DNA of 45,738 nucleotides, the filler included, from Jimgerdemannia flammicorona (taxonomy: Eukaryota): the NCBI GenBank assembly GCA_003990765.1. It is 2 parts of 2 records of this genome, joined end to end, with 100 filler letters (N's around TTAATTAATTAA, not from the genome) between each part and the next. Parts side by side here need not be neighbours in the genome. Positions count along the whole stretch, not along the records: positions 1 to 22,821 come from RBNJ01001200.1; 1 more part is not named here. One strand, written 5' to 3'. This document shows positions 9,674-20,951 of this stretch, piece by piece. A program made the translations under genes and the position numbers. The notes under the pieces were generated by a model. The model was given only the letters and a program-made list of their open reading frames with translations, did no database searches and was not told where the DNA came from. Each line of letters begins with the position of its first letter. Within the stretch, counting starts at the first letter, position 1.

Positions 9674-12415
9674 TCAATTAGGTGTACAGATGATTTTTGG
9701 CTTTTTTGCTGAACCTCTCTTAGGGCTTCCACTCATATCTTTCCTTTTTCCTCTTGCCATCAAAACGACCCTTTTGCGATTGAGATTACAAAGTTCCTTT
9801 ATCGTAGCCTCCAACTTTTCCTTGAACCCCATTAGCGTGAGGTATGCAAGTTCCACGTTGATAAGGTCTTCGCGGGATGAAGGAAGAGAGGCCTCATGTA
9901 CTAAGACCAAATGAAAGAGGCCACCAAGAGCGGCGAGTGCATATATCCGAATAGTCCGGGCTAGTTTCCGTTCCAATTCACAGTTATTATTTGATAGATA
10001 GAAGAGCACAAAGTTATTCGCGCATTAGACTATGCTACTCACCAACCACTGTGAGGCCCCAGAAGACCAGGTGTGTTGTATCGACGCCGACGAGCTGTCC
10101 TTCGGTGAATACCCAAAGATCCCGCAACTCCAACCCGAGTTTGAGTGTATCATCCCACTCCTTGGAACGAGAACATCGTGGTAGACCACCAGAGATCTCG
10201 ACGCAACCGATGACCGGTGCCCAGTCAAGTTCTTGGTACTCGATAGCCGTGTCCACTTTGTAGCCCACCCGGGCACGTTTGTTTGGGTCACTGCCCTTGT
10301 TACGACGCGCAGCCGTCGCCTCTAGGGATTTCTCGCCGCTAATATCTATAAATATTAAACATATATGTAGACAAGCAAGCACAAGCCACCAAATTCAGCA
10401 AACACTCACTATCTGACCCAACATCGCTTGTCGAGTGCTACTGTTGCATCCATGAGAGGGACGACGTTCCGCATCATGTGCTCGACTTCTGAGAGATAGT
10501 TCCTCATTGGCATGATCACTGATTCAATCCTGGAAGGAGAGATATGACCGTCAAACATAATTATGCTGGAGTATTTGTAGTAGCTATTTATATCCGAGCT
10601 TACATCTTGCTCACGAGCTTCTTGGCACGCTTCTGCTCTGATGTTACCGCCACGATATCATCCACGTCATCGGCCTGCAAGAATAAAAAGTTAGTAAATA
10701 CGTTCAAACAGATTTGTTAGTCCTCAACAAACAAACTGATTACCATGATAAGGAGGTCAAAGAAATCCGCTTCCTCCTCTGAAAATGTTGGCACGGTGAA
10801 GCACATCTCTTTTGGCAGAAAATGCCGGATGTGGGGAAGGTAATCTTTTAGCAGGTCTGAGGTCGGACCATGGAAACCGGAGTGATCAACAAGAAGATAA
10901 TAGAGCGGGCTGGGAGAAAGAGTTTAAGGAGTTTTAGTATCGCGGCATACACAATCGTAAGAAGCAAAAGAAAGGACAGACTTACTCGCAGAGACACCAC
11001 GTCTTTGCTAGTCTTGACCGGTAGAGCTCAACTTTCTCCAGCACCGTATCCCATTCAACGTCTGTCGACAACTCCTCACCGCCGAACTCCACTATGCGCG
11101 CTTCGTGCAGGTCATTGACATCCACTTGATAGGCCTCTTCCGTCACTTCATCAACAAGCTCCTCTTCGGCCTTGCTTTGCCTTATCTCCTCATTCAGCGT
11201 CGCCACATGTCCGCCATCATCTCTTTCGCTGGTACCATCGATAATCGCGATATGACGACGTTGCGCCACAATTGCACTTGTTTTCAAACGCTCGTTCCCT
11301 GTGATGATCATTTCTGTGGTGCCACGAAGCTATAGAAGTAGGATGCGAAATTAGTACATGCAAAACAAACGATTTTATAATTGAGAGTACCGGAGTTATC
11401 GCTAACCTCAGCGACTTTTTGCCTTTGCTTTTCAAGAACGACGTCTTCTCTTAAAGACGACATCTCCGATTGACGCGACCAAAACGCACTGATTGCCAGT
11501 GACCTGCATTCCGTCTTGCTCGTGACCGGAAAGAATATGCAATGGATCAGAAAAACAAAAATAAAAATCCTCCCCCCCATTGAAAAATACATTCCCAATA
11601 GCTCAGTGAAGATCATAGGCCGGCACAGCCACTCGCTATGGTCCTTTGAACGATTTGGTTCAGAGACGACCTCTGAAGTGCAAATACAGAGCCTGATAGG
11701 CCCCCCATCGGAGAACACAAGTGCTCGCGTTCCCAGTTCGGGAGACGCGCTCATTCGACGGAGCCGCAACCTTTCCAATTGCGAGCCGCAACTCGCAACA
11801 GTAGTCGACGAGGTCCCATTCCATGGAAACATCGCAGACACAGTCACTCGCTATGGTCCTTTGGGTGATTTGGTTCAGAGACGACCTCCGAAGTGCAAAT
11901 ACAGAGCCTGATGGGCCCCCCATCGGAGAACACAAGTGCTCGCGCTCCCAGTTCGGGAGCCGCGCTCATTCGACGGAGCCGAGACCTTTCCCATTGCGAG
12001 CCTCAACCCGCAACAGTAGTCGACGAGGCATCATTGATATTGCCCTCACCGTGCCCGAGTTCAACAGCAAAGAAGAAACGTACTGGAAAAGCCTTATAGG
12101 CTTTAGATGCCACTTTATGAATCTTGCTACTTTCAGGATGGTGATCGAGGATAGTGAGGAGGTCGGTCATGTAATTGGAATGTTCGAGATCCTTCAAGAG
12201 CTCCGCGTTGCGAGACGCATTTCTTCTGTATCGGAGAAAGCTCTCCAACGTCGCCTCTGGGGTGCCAATCCAATAGGCTATTGTAAATAAAAATATAAAA
12301 ATAAAAATAAAAAAAAGAAAAAAAAGTGAGTATGGGCACAGAAAGAAGGCGATTTCAGTAGTAGTCTTATACCTTCATGCTTCAACGCTTCTTGACACGC
12401 TCTTCCTATCTTCAT
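9674..12415 (-). CDS. Intact 9-exon gene, ~542 aa, with C-terminal PD-(D/E)XK/REase-like domain of the type expanded in early-diverging fungi (Crinkler-associated REase-like)
   Basis: Hand-built exons: 12415-12373, 12277-12084, 11514-11407, 11329-10986, 10909-10744, 10674-10604, 10529-10410, 10338-10043, 9960-9674. All introns are GT..AG; total 1629 nt with no internal stop. Motifs GEKSLEATAARRN..GYKVD..CVEISGG..SKEWDDTLKL and a basic NLS-like tail. Both exon 3 boundaries (AAG acceptor, GTTAGC donor) are the least certain. The domain call is inference from motif pattern. Confidence 0.8.
11624..11813 (-). ncRNA. Putative structured intronic RNA, repeat copy 1 (190 nt)
   Basis: Direct repeat of 11839-12028 (13 substitutions, no indels by eye). 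Multiple hairpins on the minus (transcribed) strand. The repeat is certain; RNA function is inferred. Confidence 0.5.
11839..12028 (-). ncRNA. Putative structured intronic RNA, repeat copy 2 (190 nt)
   Basis: As copy 1. Substitutions convert A-U to G.U pairs in two stems (TTCGGAG/CTCTGAA and TTGCGGG/CTCGCAA). Confidence 0.5.
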
Positions 12416-12845
12416 CTTGACGAATGGGTGTGACGTGTTCGAAGATAGGGCAGGATTGTCCAGAGGATGGGTGGACGATTCTGGTTGGGACGTATTCGGT
12501 ATGAGCGTGAATACATCAGGCGTTCGGGTAAAAACAGTAAAAACAGATAGGGCGCGCGTTTATACATATTTCACAGTTTTAGTATGGATGGATGGAGGTT
12601 TGGTGATAACGCGGTAGAATGAACGGCATCTTTCGCATGTAAAAAAGAGCGCGTTTGATGACACTTACAATAGTGAGATGAGATAATTTCAACCAGCATA
12701 AAAACAAACAAGTGTTTGTAATCTACGATTTGGTGAAGTCACGGGTTCATGTTTGCTCTGCAGGCAAATTTGCCTTTTTTTGATCTCATATTTATTAATA
12801 AAAGTATAAAAAAAATAAAATAAAAATTATATATATATATATATA

Positions 12846-12884
12846 TTGCAGACAAATTTGTCTACATTATAGTTTAAGGGCTAA
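12846..12884. repeat. piggyBac-like terminal repeat (right-end orientation, ...AAGGG then CTAA)
   Basis: Its reverse complement CCCTTAAACTATAATGTAGACAAATTTGTCTGCA aligns to 13051-13084 CTCTTAGGCTATAATATAGATAAATTTATCTATA with transitions only. Confidence 0.55.
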
Positions 12885-13232
12885 ATAGGAACAATAGTAG
12901 TATTCTTGAAAATATTAAAATCTAAATTATTAATAAATATATTTATAAAATTTATTATTCATTCTGAAGGTTTTTTTTTTTTTTTTTTTTTTCTATTAAG
13001 TATAATTAACTTTATTTTATATTTAAATATAAAACTATAAATAAAGAGAACTCTTAGGCTATAATATAGATAAATTTATCTATAAAAAAAATTAAAATCT
13101 TATAATTTTATTAATAATAGAGATATTTATTTTTAATTATTAAATAATAATAATAAGACATATCAGCTTGCAAACTATCAAATATTTCCTAATTTAGAAG
13201 TAAGTTATTTATTTTATTTTTATTTTAATTGT

Positions 13233-13525
13233 TAAACTACAAGTTCTATAAGCTATAAGCCCAGCCCTGTAAGCTGTAAGCTATCAAAATATATTTACAA
13301 ATAATAAATTTATAAGTAACTAGATAAGGAGGTTGGTCACTTTTCAGACTCTTTTAGTAGCTCAAAGATACTTTTCTTAGTGAAATCCTTAGCAAATATA
13401 TCTCTGGAGATCTAACAATTTTAAACTATATATTATTCTCTCAATCTGCAAATAAGAGGTTATTTTTCAATAGTAAACTTATAGACTTATAGACTTATAG
13501 ACTTATAGTATCCAAATTGAGGCCT
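13233..13525. mobile_element. Small MITE-like insert with inverted sub-terminal CTATAAG/CTTATAG arrays
   Basis: CTATAAG/CTGTAAG x4 at left and ACTTATAG x4 at right, ending TATCCAAATTGAGGCC. Confidence 0.45.
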
Positions 13526-13794
13526 TGTCAAATTTGTAAAATAATAATCTAGTATAAGTATAAAGAATATTTGAAATGATTCTATACAATACTATTATAT
13601 TATAACTTTCATTATATATAACTCTCATACTTATATCAATAATATAAGTAAACAAAGTACTTAAGTTCTCCATCTCTATCACTATACTCTCTATACTTAT
13701 CATCTCTATACTCTAGAAATTTATAAGAAAAAATAGCAAAAGAAAGCAAACCATTATGGTTGAAATTCTATACTAATCAGATCATACAATAACT

Positions 13795-13975
13795 ACTAAT
13801 AATAATAGTAAAAATATAAATAATGAGAATATAAATAATGAGAATATAGACAATGAGAATATAGATAATGACTATAAGAATATGGATGATAAGTATATAT
13901 ATAATGATGATAAGAATGAGTATATAGATAATAATGATGAGAATGTGGATAATGAGTATAGATAATAATGATGAA
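13795..13975. repeat. Low-complexity ~15-18 bp repeat (GATAATGAGAATATA-like), probably the acidic N-terminal region of the piggyBac transposase
   Basis: Visible reiteration; encodes D/N/E-rich sequence on the + strand. Confidence 0.6.
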
Positions 13976-16799
13976 AAACTAACTCTATCTAACTCTTCTA
14001 CTTTTATATACCTTAAACACAAGAAGTCTTTTTACTCAAAGCCTACTCTCTCTAAATATCTAAGATTTATTCTTAAAGTCTTCTGTCTCTTCTTCTCTAA
14101 TAAAATACTAAAAATTATTATTGTCAATATAAATTACTATATTATAATAAATATAAAGAATCCTATAACTAATAGAGAGTAGAAGAATCTAATGATATCT
14201 GAACTTCTTATCTTTATTGTTATTTATATTTACTTTAACCTTTTCTATATTAAATAAAGTTTTAAATGGTAGTAGAATATAGACCTTTAGAAGCTAAAAT
14301 ACTATATTCTTAAATATATATATATATTTGTTTTACTTTTAATAAATCAAACAATTCTTTTATATTTTCTTATATAGTATATATAATAATAATTACTATA
14401 TGACAAAACTTGAGCCATTATTATCTCTATATTTAAAAAATATCTCAAACAATATATCAACCAAGTTCTAATATAGTCATCAATGAGATAATAATATAGT
14501 TTATAGATAAAAGCTTATATACTTATTATATAAAGTTTAAGTTAATCTTAAAGAATTATAAGATCTTCACATTATGTAATTATAATTATATAGACATTTC
14601 TCTCAGTTTCACATACTATTAAAATAAAAAAGATAGAGAATAAGAATAATAGTAATAGTGATGATAAGTTTAGTATAATAGTATATACTGTAATTTATCT
14701 AATTGAACAATTATTTAAAACTCAGAAATTCAATATCTATATAGATAGATACTTTTCCAGCATTTCACTATTTCAATATCTATAATTGAAAAGAATCAGA
14801 GTATACAGAATAGTTAAAACAAATATAATATAGTTCTCAGAAGAACTCAAAATTAAATATAGTAAAGAGAAAAAGATTAAGTAAAATATATTATCAGAGA
14901 TAGTTATTAACAATATTCTAGTATTATTATGAAAAGATACTTCTGTAGTCAAAATGCTTACTATTATCTATAAATTATAAAGAGTAGAATAGAAAATTAA
15001 GTATAAATAATATTATCTAACAATAACTAAAGTCAACAAAGCTCAAGTCTAAGTAATCTGAAAAAATAAATATATTAAAGATATTGAAATTTCAAAGAAT
15101 ATCAATAACTATATATAACTATCATATAAGAGAGGTTGATATCACTAATCAATTTTGAGTATATTACTATATATAGATTAAAGTCAAAAGAAATTAGTAG
15201 TTGATATTCTTCTAGTTATTAGATATTGTAGTCATCAATTTATATCTTATGTATAAGACAGGTAGGTCAAAGACTAATCATAAAATCTCCTAACTTAACT
15301 TAGCTTAGGGCTAGTAGATAAGAAAAGAAAAGAAATAGAAATGAGAAAGACTACTAACTCTCAAAGATCCAAAGAACTCTCATATTACAAAAAAAATTCC
15401 TATAATTTAAATTCCTTCCTGACTTCTTTCTGATAACCATCTATCTAATATAAGATATTGGCATAAGATATATATATAGTATCAGTTATAAGCAAAGACT
15501 GACAAAATTGTAATTAATAAAAAAAAAACCCCCACTCTAGAGCAATATTATTTATCAAATATATAATGCTATTCTTTATTTAAACTAAGAATAAAACTGT
15601 TTTATAAAATATATATCATATTCTAAAGTAATAAATATATTAATAGTTAGTGAGTATTCAATAATAGTAATAAAGTAAAATTTGCTAATACTAATACTTA
15701 TTTATTTCAAATCTATTCTAAAAAGTTTACTATAGAAGAAGTATACCAGTCTTAACTAATTACAGATATTGCTTGAAGCTCTATTTATTTTTTATCACTA
15801 GAGTACTGATGGTTATCAATCTTACTAGAGTAATATTAGACATAGCTAGGCATATTATCTCATAGAGACAGCTATACATTTGCAAATAGTATATATATAT
15901 ATTATATAGTTATCTTAAAATTAATAAGTGATACTCTTCATCATTATCTGGTGGTTGCTCTTTATCATAATTATAAGACTTTTTAATAGATTTAATAGTA
16001 AGTTAATGATAATAGATAGTTAGTTTATTATATATAATAAATCTTATTTAAAAATATCATTAATAATTTTGCAAATCTTATTCTTATTATCTACTATAGA
16101 TATACTTAATATAATCTTATTTGCTAAGGAATATATATGAGAAAAAGCCAGTAAGTTTTTAAATAACTTTGTTAGTATAGTATTAATATCTACATATATA
16201 TCTTTGATTTGTCACTCATCTTATTATTTGATAGCTAAACATATGTATAAGACATTCTGCAGCTGACTTATATATACTCTATATAGATTTCTTTACTTTC
16301 TTAATATTGTCTCTATTAGCTTACTATCTAGCAGTTTGTAATATAAAACTAAAATAAGAAACTTAACTTCCAAAGTCAAGATGACTATCTTCAGTCCTTT
16401 GATAAGATAAGCTGAGACAGATGCATTGTACTCCTTTTTGATCATAAGTTGTTAAAAGATAATAACAGATATCTATTGAGTATTATTAAAAAAAAAAAAA
16501 AAACATTAAGTCTGAAGAAATAGAAATTGACTATATATATATATATAGATTATATATCTGTTTTTCTCAACTCAAGTATATGTATATGCAATACTAAAAC
16601 TAATCAGAGATATCTCTTTTTCAGACTGAAGATACTTTCTGCAAATTCAGTAGTTCTCTCATTAGTTTTTAAATAGATAAATTAAGTCTATTATTCTTAT
16701 CTCACTATAATAGATATATTTATTACTGCTTGATATTTTCAACTTCTTGGCAATAGTTTTACCTACATCTGATATCAATAATTACTTTGATGATTCATT

Positions 16800-17650
16800 C
16801 ATTTATAGTTCTTTAATCTCTATAAATACTACATAAAATATATATATTAGGATGAAGTTTTAGATTATGGTTCAGTCCTCTAAGAATTAAGTCTTCCACT
16901 AGCTTGTATAGATATTAGTTCTTGAAAATAGATCTAGAGTCTTGAGATACATATCTTTAGTATGTAGTATCTATCTCTTATATCTTGTCTCATAGTATAT
17001 TATAAGTTAGTAAGATATATAGTATGATAGATAAGACTCAAATATTAGCTATAAATAGAATGTAATCTAACTAATGACTGTCAACCAACTTAGATAATCT
17101 ATATATAGATAAACTGTATACTAACTATAACTCTAAGACTTCTTTAATATTAACTAATATACTGAAGTTACAAAGTATAATATGTAAGTTAACTTTTTTA
17201 TTATATTTATATAGTATATTGTTATGCTTGATGTTATAGTAAGCAATCTTAATATTGTATAGATATAATAATATATCGAGGAGCTCTCTAAAGATGATGA
17301 AGATGAGTTTTTGAAGATTAGACTCTTTTGTTCTATTGATAAGATCAGACACTAGTCTATCAGTATATTCTATCTTAAGTATTGTGAAATCTCTATACTT
17401 TTACTTGGAAAACTCATATGATATATATTATAGTAGTTGATTTTAATAAGTAAGTTTAACTTGTATTCAATCACTATAAGAACAAAATCTATAATATCTT
17501 TCTTGCTTAATATCTTGAAGATATATTTCATCTCATTTGGTTTTTATACTTGAGAGACTATACTATAACTTCTGATACCAAGTTTGTTACTCAGTTTAGT
17601 TATTTTATTATCTTATCTTTATAGAAATAGGTCTGAACATTTTTAATAGC
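16800..17650 (-). pseudogene. Heavily mutated protein kinase pseudogene
   Basis: ORF 17125-17352, LLDILLYLYNIKIAYYNIKHNNILY...IILCNFSI, corresponds to YLH..IAHRDIK.DNIL...LCDFG after C>T/G>A changes. Boundaries approximate. Confidence 0.7.
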
Positions 17651-17849
17651 CTGGCTAGTCATTGTATAAGACAGCAAGCTAGAGAATATGAGTATAAAAA
17701 GATATAAAAATAATATAAAAAAATACAAAAACAAGATAAGAATATACAAATGAATATATAAAAAAGATAGATACTATATATATACTTTAGAATCTTAAGG
17801 AAGCTGAGGAGTATAAAAGATATTGGAACTTATGATATAAGAATAATAG

Positions 17850-20800
17850 AGTATAAATAAGTTTATAGTATAAGATTGCTAGAGTATAATTCTTAGACTA
17901 TAAAGATTACTAAAAATTACTAGAACCTGCTAGTAGTTGGTAGAGAGCAAAAGCAATAAATAGAAAAGTAGTTGGTATTAGATAGTTGGGAGGCTATTAA
18001 ATTGAACATTTTGGAGAGAGACTTTAATATAATATATAATAGAGCTCTGGATCAGTCTGATGATAGGAATGAGATAGTAGCCTCTCAGAGGCTTTCTCAG
18101 TAGCTTCAGGTTGAGAAGAATATAGAGCTAATAGATAGTATTTAGTTGTGAGTTAGTAATAGGTCCAATAATCAACTCTTTTTAAGCTCAGCAATTCAGC
18201 AAGAAGCTTGGGCTGAATTGCTGAGCTTGGAAGAAATTGATAATTGGAGGTTAACATATGTCAAACTGGAAGTAGTAGAGCTATAAACTATCTTAAGAGA
18301 GGAGGAGGAGATGTATGTAAAGGGGATGGTTTCTCAGCTATAATAGCAGGGGTTGGAGGAGGGTGAGAGGCTCTCTAGATATCTTTCACAGCTACTTCGG
18401 GCCAGACAGATAAAGCAGAGGTGAGATGATATAGATAATTTAGCAGATATAGTTGCTCATAGTACTCAGCAAATTCTAGGCTCTCTTAAGGAACAATGGA
18501 GTAATTTGTAGAGTGAGAAAGATAGGGGTACTAGTGATAAGAACATTGAGCTTGCTCTGAAGAACTGAAGTTTACATCTAGTAGATGATATTGAACAGCT
18601 GTTCTGGCCTATTCAGGAGGAGGAGATTCAGTGGATTATTTCTACTATAAAGTCAGACATGGCTCCAGATGAGAATGGGTTCCCTTGGGATTTCTGAAAA
18701 TGAATAGTGGAAATCTCTGGAGTTCTTGGAGAAATGGTGGTACTGTATAATCATATCAGATTATATACTGTAGACACATTACCATCATCTTGATAACTAA
18801 CTTTCTATCTATATCCAGGAGCATGATTGGCCTCCAGTTTCTCCAATCTTCTCTATCACTCTTATTCTTATAAAGTAAGATTACTAAGCTAAGATCCTAC
18901 TTGCCAATCTACCTTTCTGTTAAGAGAATAGATACTAGGTGAGGAGCAATATGGCTTTGTTGGAGGATGCCTTATTTAAGATGATACTGCATAGGTGTAT
19001 AGTATCATAGAAGGAGCAAAGACAAGTGGTCTAGATAGGAGACTAGTTTTTTTAGATCAAGAAAAGACCTATGATTGAGTAAGGTATATCTGGCTGGATA
19101 AATTACTTGACAGGATTGAGGTCCTATATCAATTCCAGATCTCAATGATTAGCTTACTGGAAGATAGTAAGGTGGCTATCTTATAGGGGTGTAATATTCA
19201 CTCTAGGAAGAGAGATCTCTCAAGGAGATCTATTGTCACCCATTCTCTATATTCTCTCATTAGAATTCCTAATAGATAGGATAAGATAGAAGGTGGCAGA
19301 GTTGTTAGTATTTAGAGTCATTTAGAAGGTGGGTACCTTTGCTGATGATATAGTAGTGGAACTTGTCTCTATGGCTGATGTGGTGGTATTGAGAGAGATG
19401 GTGGAGTGGTATGAGGCTTGTTCTGATATATAGCTAAATTGGTATAAGTGTGAGACAATAGTGCTTGGAAATGGAGTGGTAAGAGAAGACATCATTGGAA
19501 TAATTATTTCAACTGATGAGACTGTATAGTATCTTAGAGTCTATCTATTGGTATATAAGTCTGTCCTGACCAAAGTTTGGTAAGAGAGCAGAGTCTCAAG
19601 TTGGGGAGAAGTACTTCAGAGCTAAAGAGGGTACCACATCTCTCTGACCAGCAGAGTGGTAATTCTGAATACCTATTGACTACTGAAGATATAGTACTTA
19701 GCCTACTACCTTGATTTCTCTTCTTAGGTAGTAAGAAAGCTATTGAAGTTAGCTAAGGATTGGATCTGAGTAGAGCACTGAAGTCAAATTGGCTGGAGTA
19801 CTCTTTTACTTCTGGTGAACTATAGTAGTCTTGGTCTAGTGGATTTCCCAAAGAAGCTCTATTGCTTGAGGGCCTAGTGGCTGAGGAGGGTGGTGGAACT
19901 GCAAAAAGATGGCTGGGTTTCTTTAATATAGAAGGTATGGGAGCTGAGAGTTTCTCTGAGTAGTTCTATAGAGAACCTACTATTACTAGTAGGCCTGCAG
20001 AGTAGTGGGAGTTTATACTTCAAAGGATTCTGGTGGGGGATTGCTATAGGGGTATATCATATTGGGCTAAAGTAGTAGGGCAATAAGGGAGAGGTATATT
20101 GGGGGCTGGTAATATAATACTGGGATAAACTCCTGCTTGGGGGCTCCCCCTTTGTTAAATTTGACATTGGAGATAGGATTGAGTGCCAGAGGGAGATGGG
20201 GTTGGATATGTGACCAGTAGGTTGGCAGGGGGTTGATATAGGTGAGGAGTAGAACTGAGATGAAGTTTGGTCCTAGAGTGCTGAGATTAAGCAGTGGCTT
20301 CTCCCCAAGTTCTAGATAGTATGATGATATATACTGAGAAAGAATGTTATGCTGAACTTCTGCTCTGGACATTTAATTGAGGGTGGTGAGTTTGAGTGTG
20401 AGGTGCTTGGTAATTTCTAGATTGCTGTAGGGGAGTGTTTAGAGGTCTATAGGCAGGGGGATGAGGTGAGGGGCCATTGGGAGGATTTGAAGAAGTGTCT
20501 TATAGGGGGAGTAGAGAATGAGTGGATTATATATGGCTGGGTCTTAGTGATTTAGATAGAGTTGGCTAAGCATTAACCCTTTATATTTAAGAGAAGAAGA
20601 TAGTTGAGTATTGTGAAGAGATTAGCAAGATGAGACAGGCTGATGGAGGATCTCTTGATGGGCTGGTGGGTGGGCTGAGGGCCTCAGGGTGGCTATTACT
20701 ACTAGCTTATAGAGAGGATCTATATATAGAGCAGGGGTCAAATAGAGGTAATTAAGAGTCAAGTGGTCTTCAAATAAGTAGAAGTTGGTGAGGTCTCTCT

Positions 20801-20910
20801 TAGGGGGATTGGGTAGTGGGTTGGGTTAGGTATTGTAATTAATATAATATAGAATATAATAATAAAACATAGAGTCCAAGTGACTATAAAAAAAAAAAAA
20901 AAAAAAAAAA
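17850..20910 (+). mobile_element. L1/Tx1-type LINE copy A, 5'-truncated, very decayed, with poly(A)
   Basis: Remnants of APE (ERDFNI), RT (FLDQEKTYD, QGDLLSPILY, FADD) and the 3' signature GTCCAAGTGACTAT followed by poly(A) at 20888-20910. Confidence 0.9.
18164..18248. repeat. 85-bp imperfect palindrome inserted in LINE copy A
   Basis: Perfect 17-bp stem AAGCTCAGCAATTCAGC (18184-18200) / GCTGAATTGCTGAGCTT (18212-18228), extending imperfectly to TCCAAT/ATTGGA. Confidence 0.85.
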
Positions 20911-20919
20911 GTACAAGTG

Positions 20920-20948
<29 letters not shown>

Positions 20949-20951
<3 letters not shown>

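Larger units (their letters stand above)
13051..15650 (+). mobile_element. Decayed piggyBac transposon with transposase pseudogene (~13760-15620)
   Basis: Plus-strand remnants IVINEIII*FIDKS..YKIFTLC (consensus IDEMMVRFTGRS..GYKIFALCD), YIDRYFSSISLFQYL (YMDNYFSS), REVDITNQF (GGVDIADQ) and IFF*LLDIVVIN. TIR-like left end at 13051. Right end not located. Confidence 0.8.

Noticed and set aside
11618..11830. Resemblance to HDV ribozyme words (GGCCGGCA, ATGGTCC, GAATGGGAC), VS ribozyme (GACTACTGTT), group I R element (TTCAGAGAC), RNase P CR-I/CR-V and SECIS
   Set aside because: The motifs are on mixed strands, in the wrong order or with wrong spacing. The required pairings could not be built by eye.
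11821..11830. Spacer shares CCATGGAAAC with exon 5 of the host gene (10868-10877)
   Set aside because: A 10-nt match is too short to distinguish from chance.
11308..12290. Overlapping ORFs across the 190-nt repeats as protein-coding exons
   Set aside because: GC-rich sequence open in several frames by chance. The spliced gene model is complete without them, and a stop (12003) blocks read-through from exon 2.
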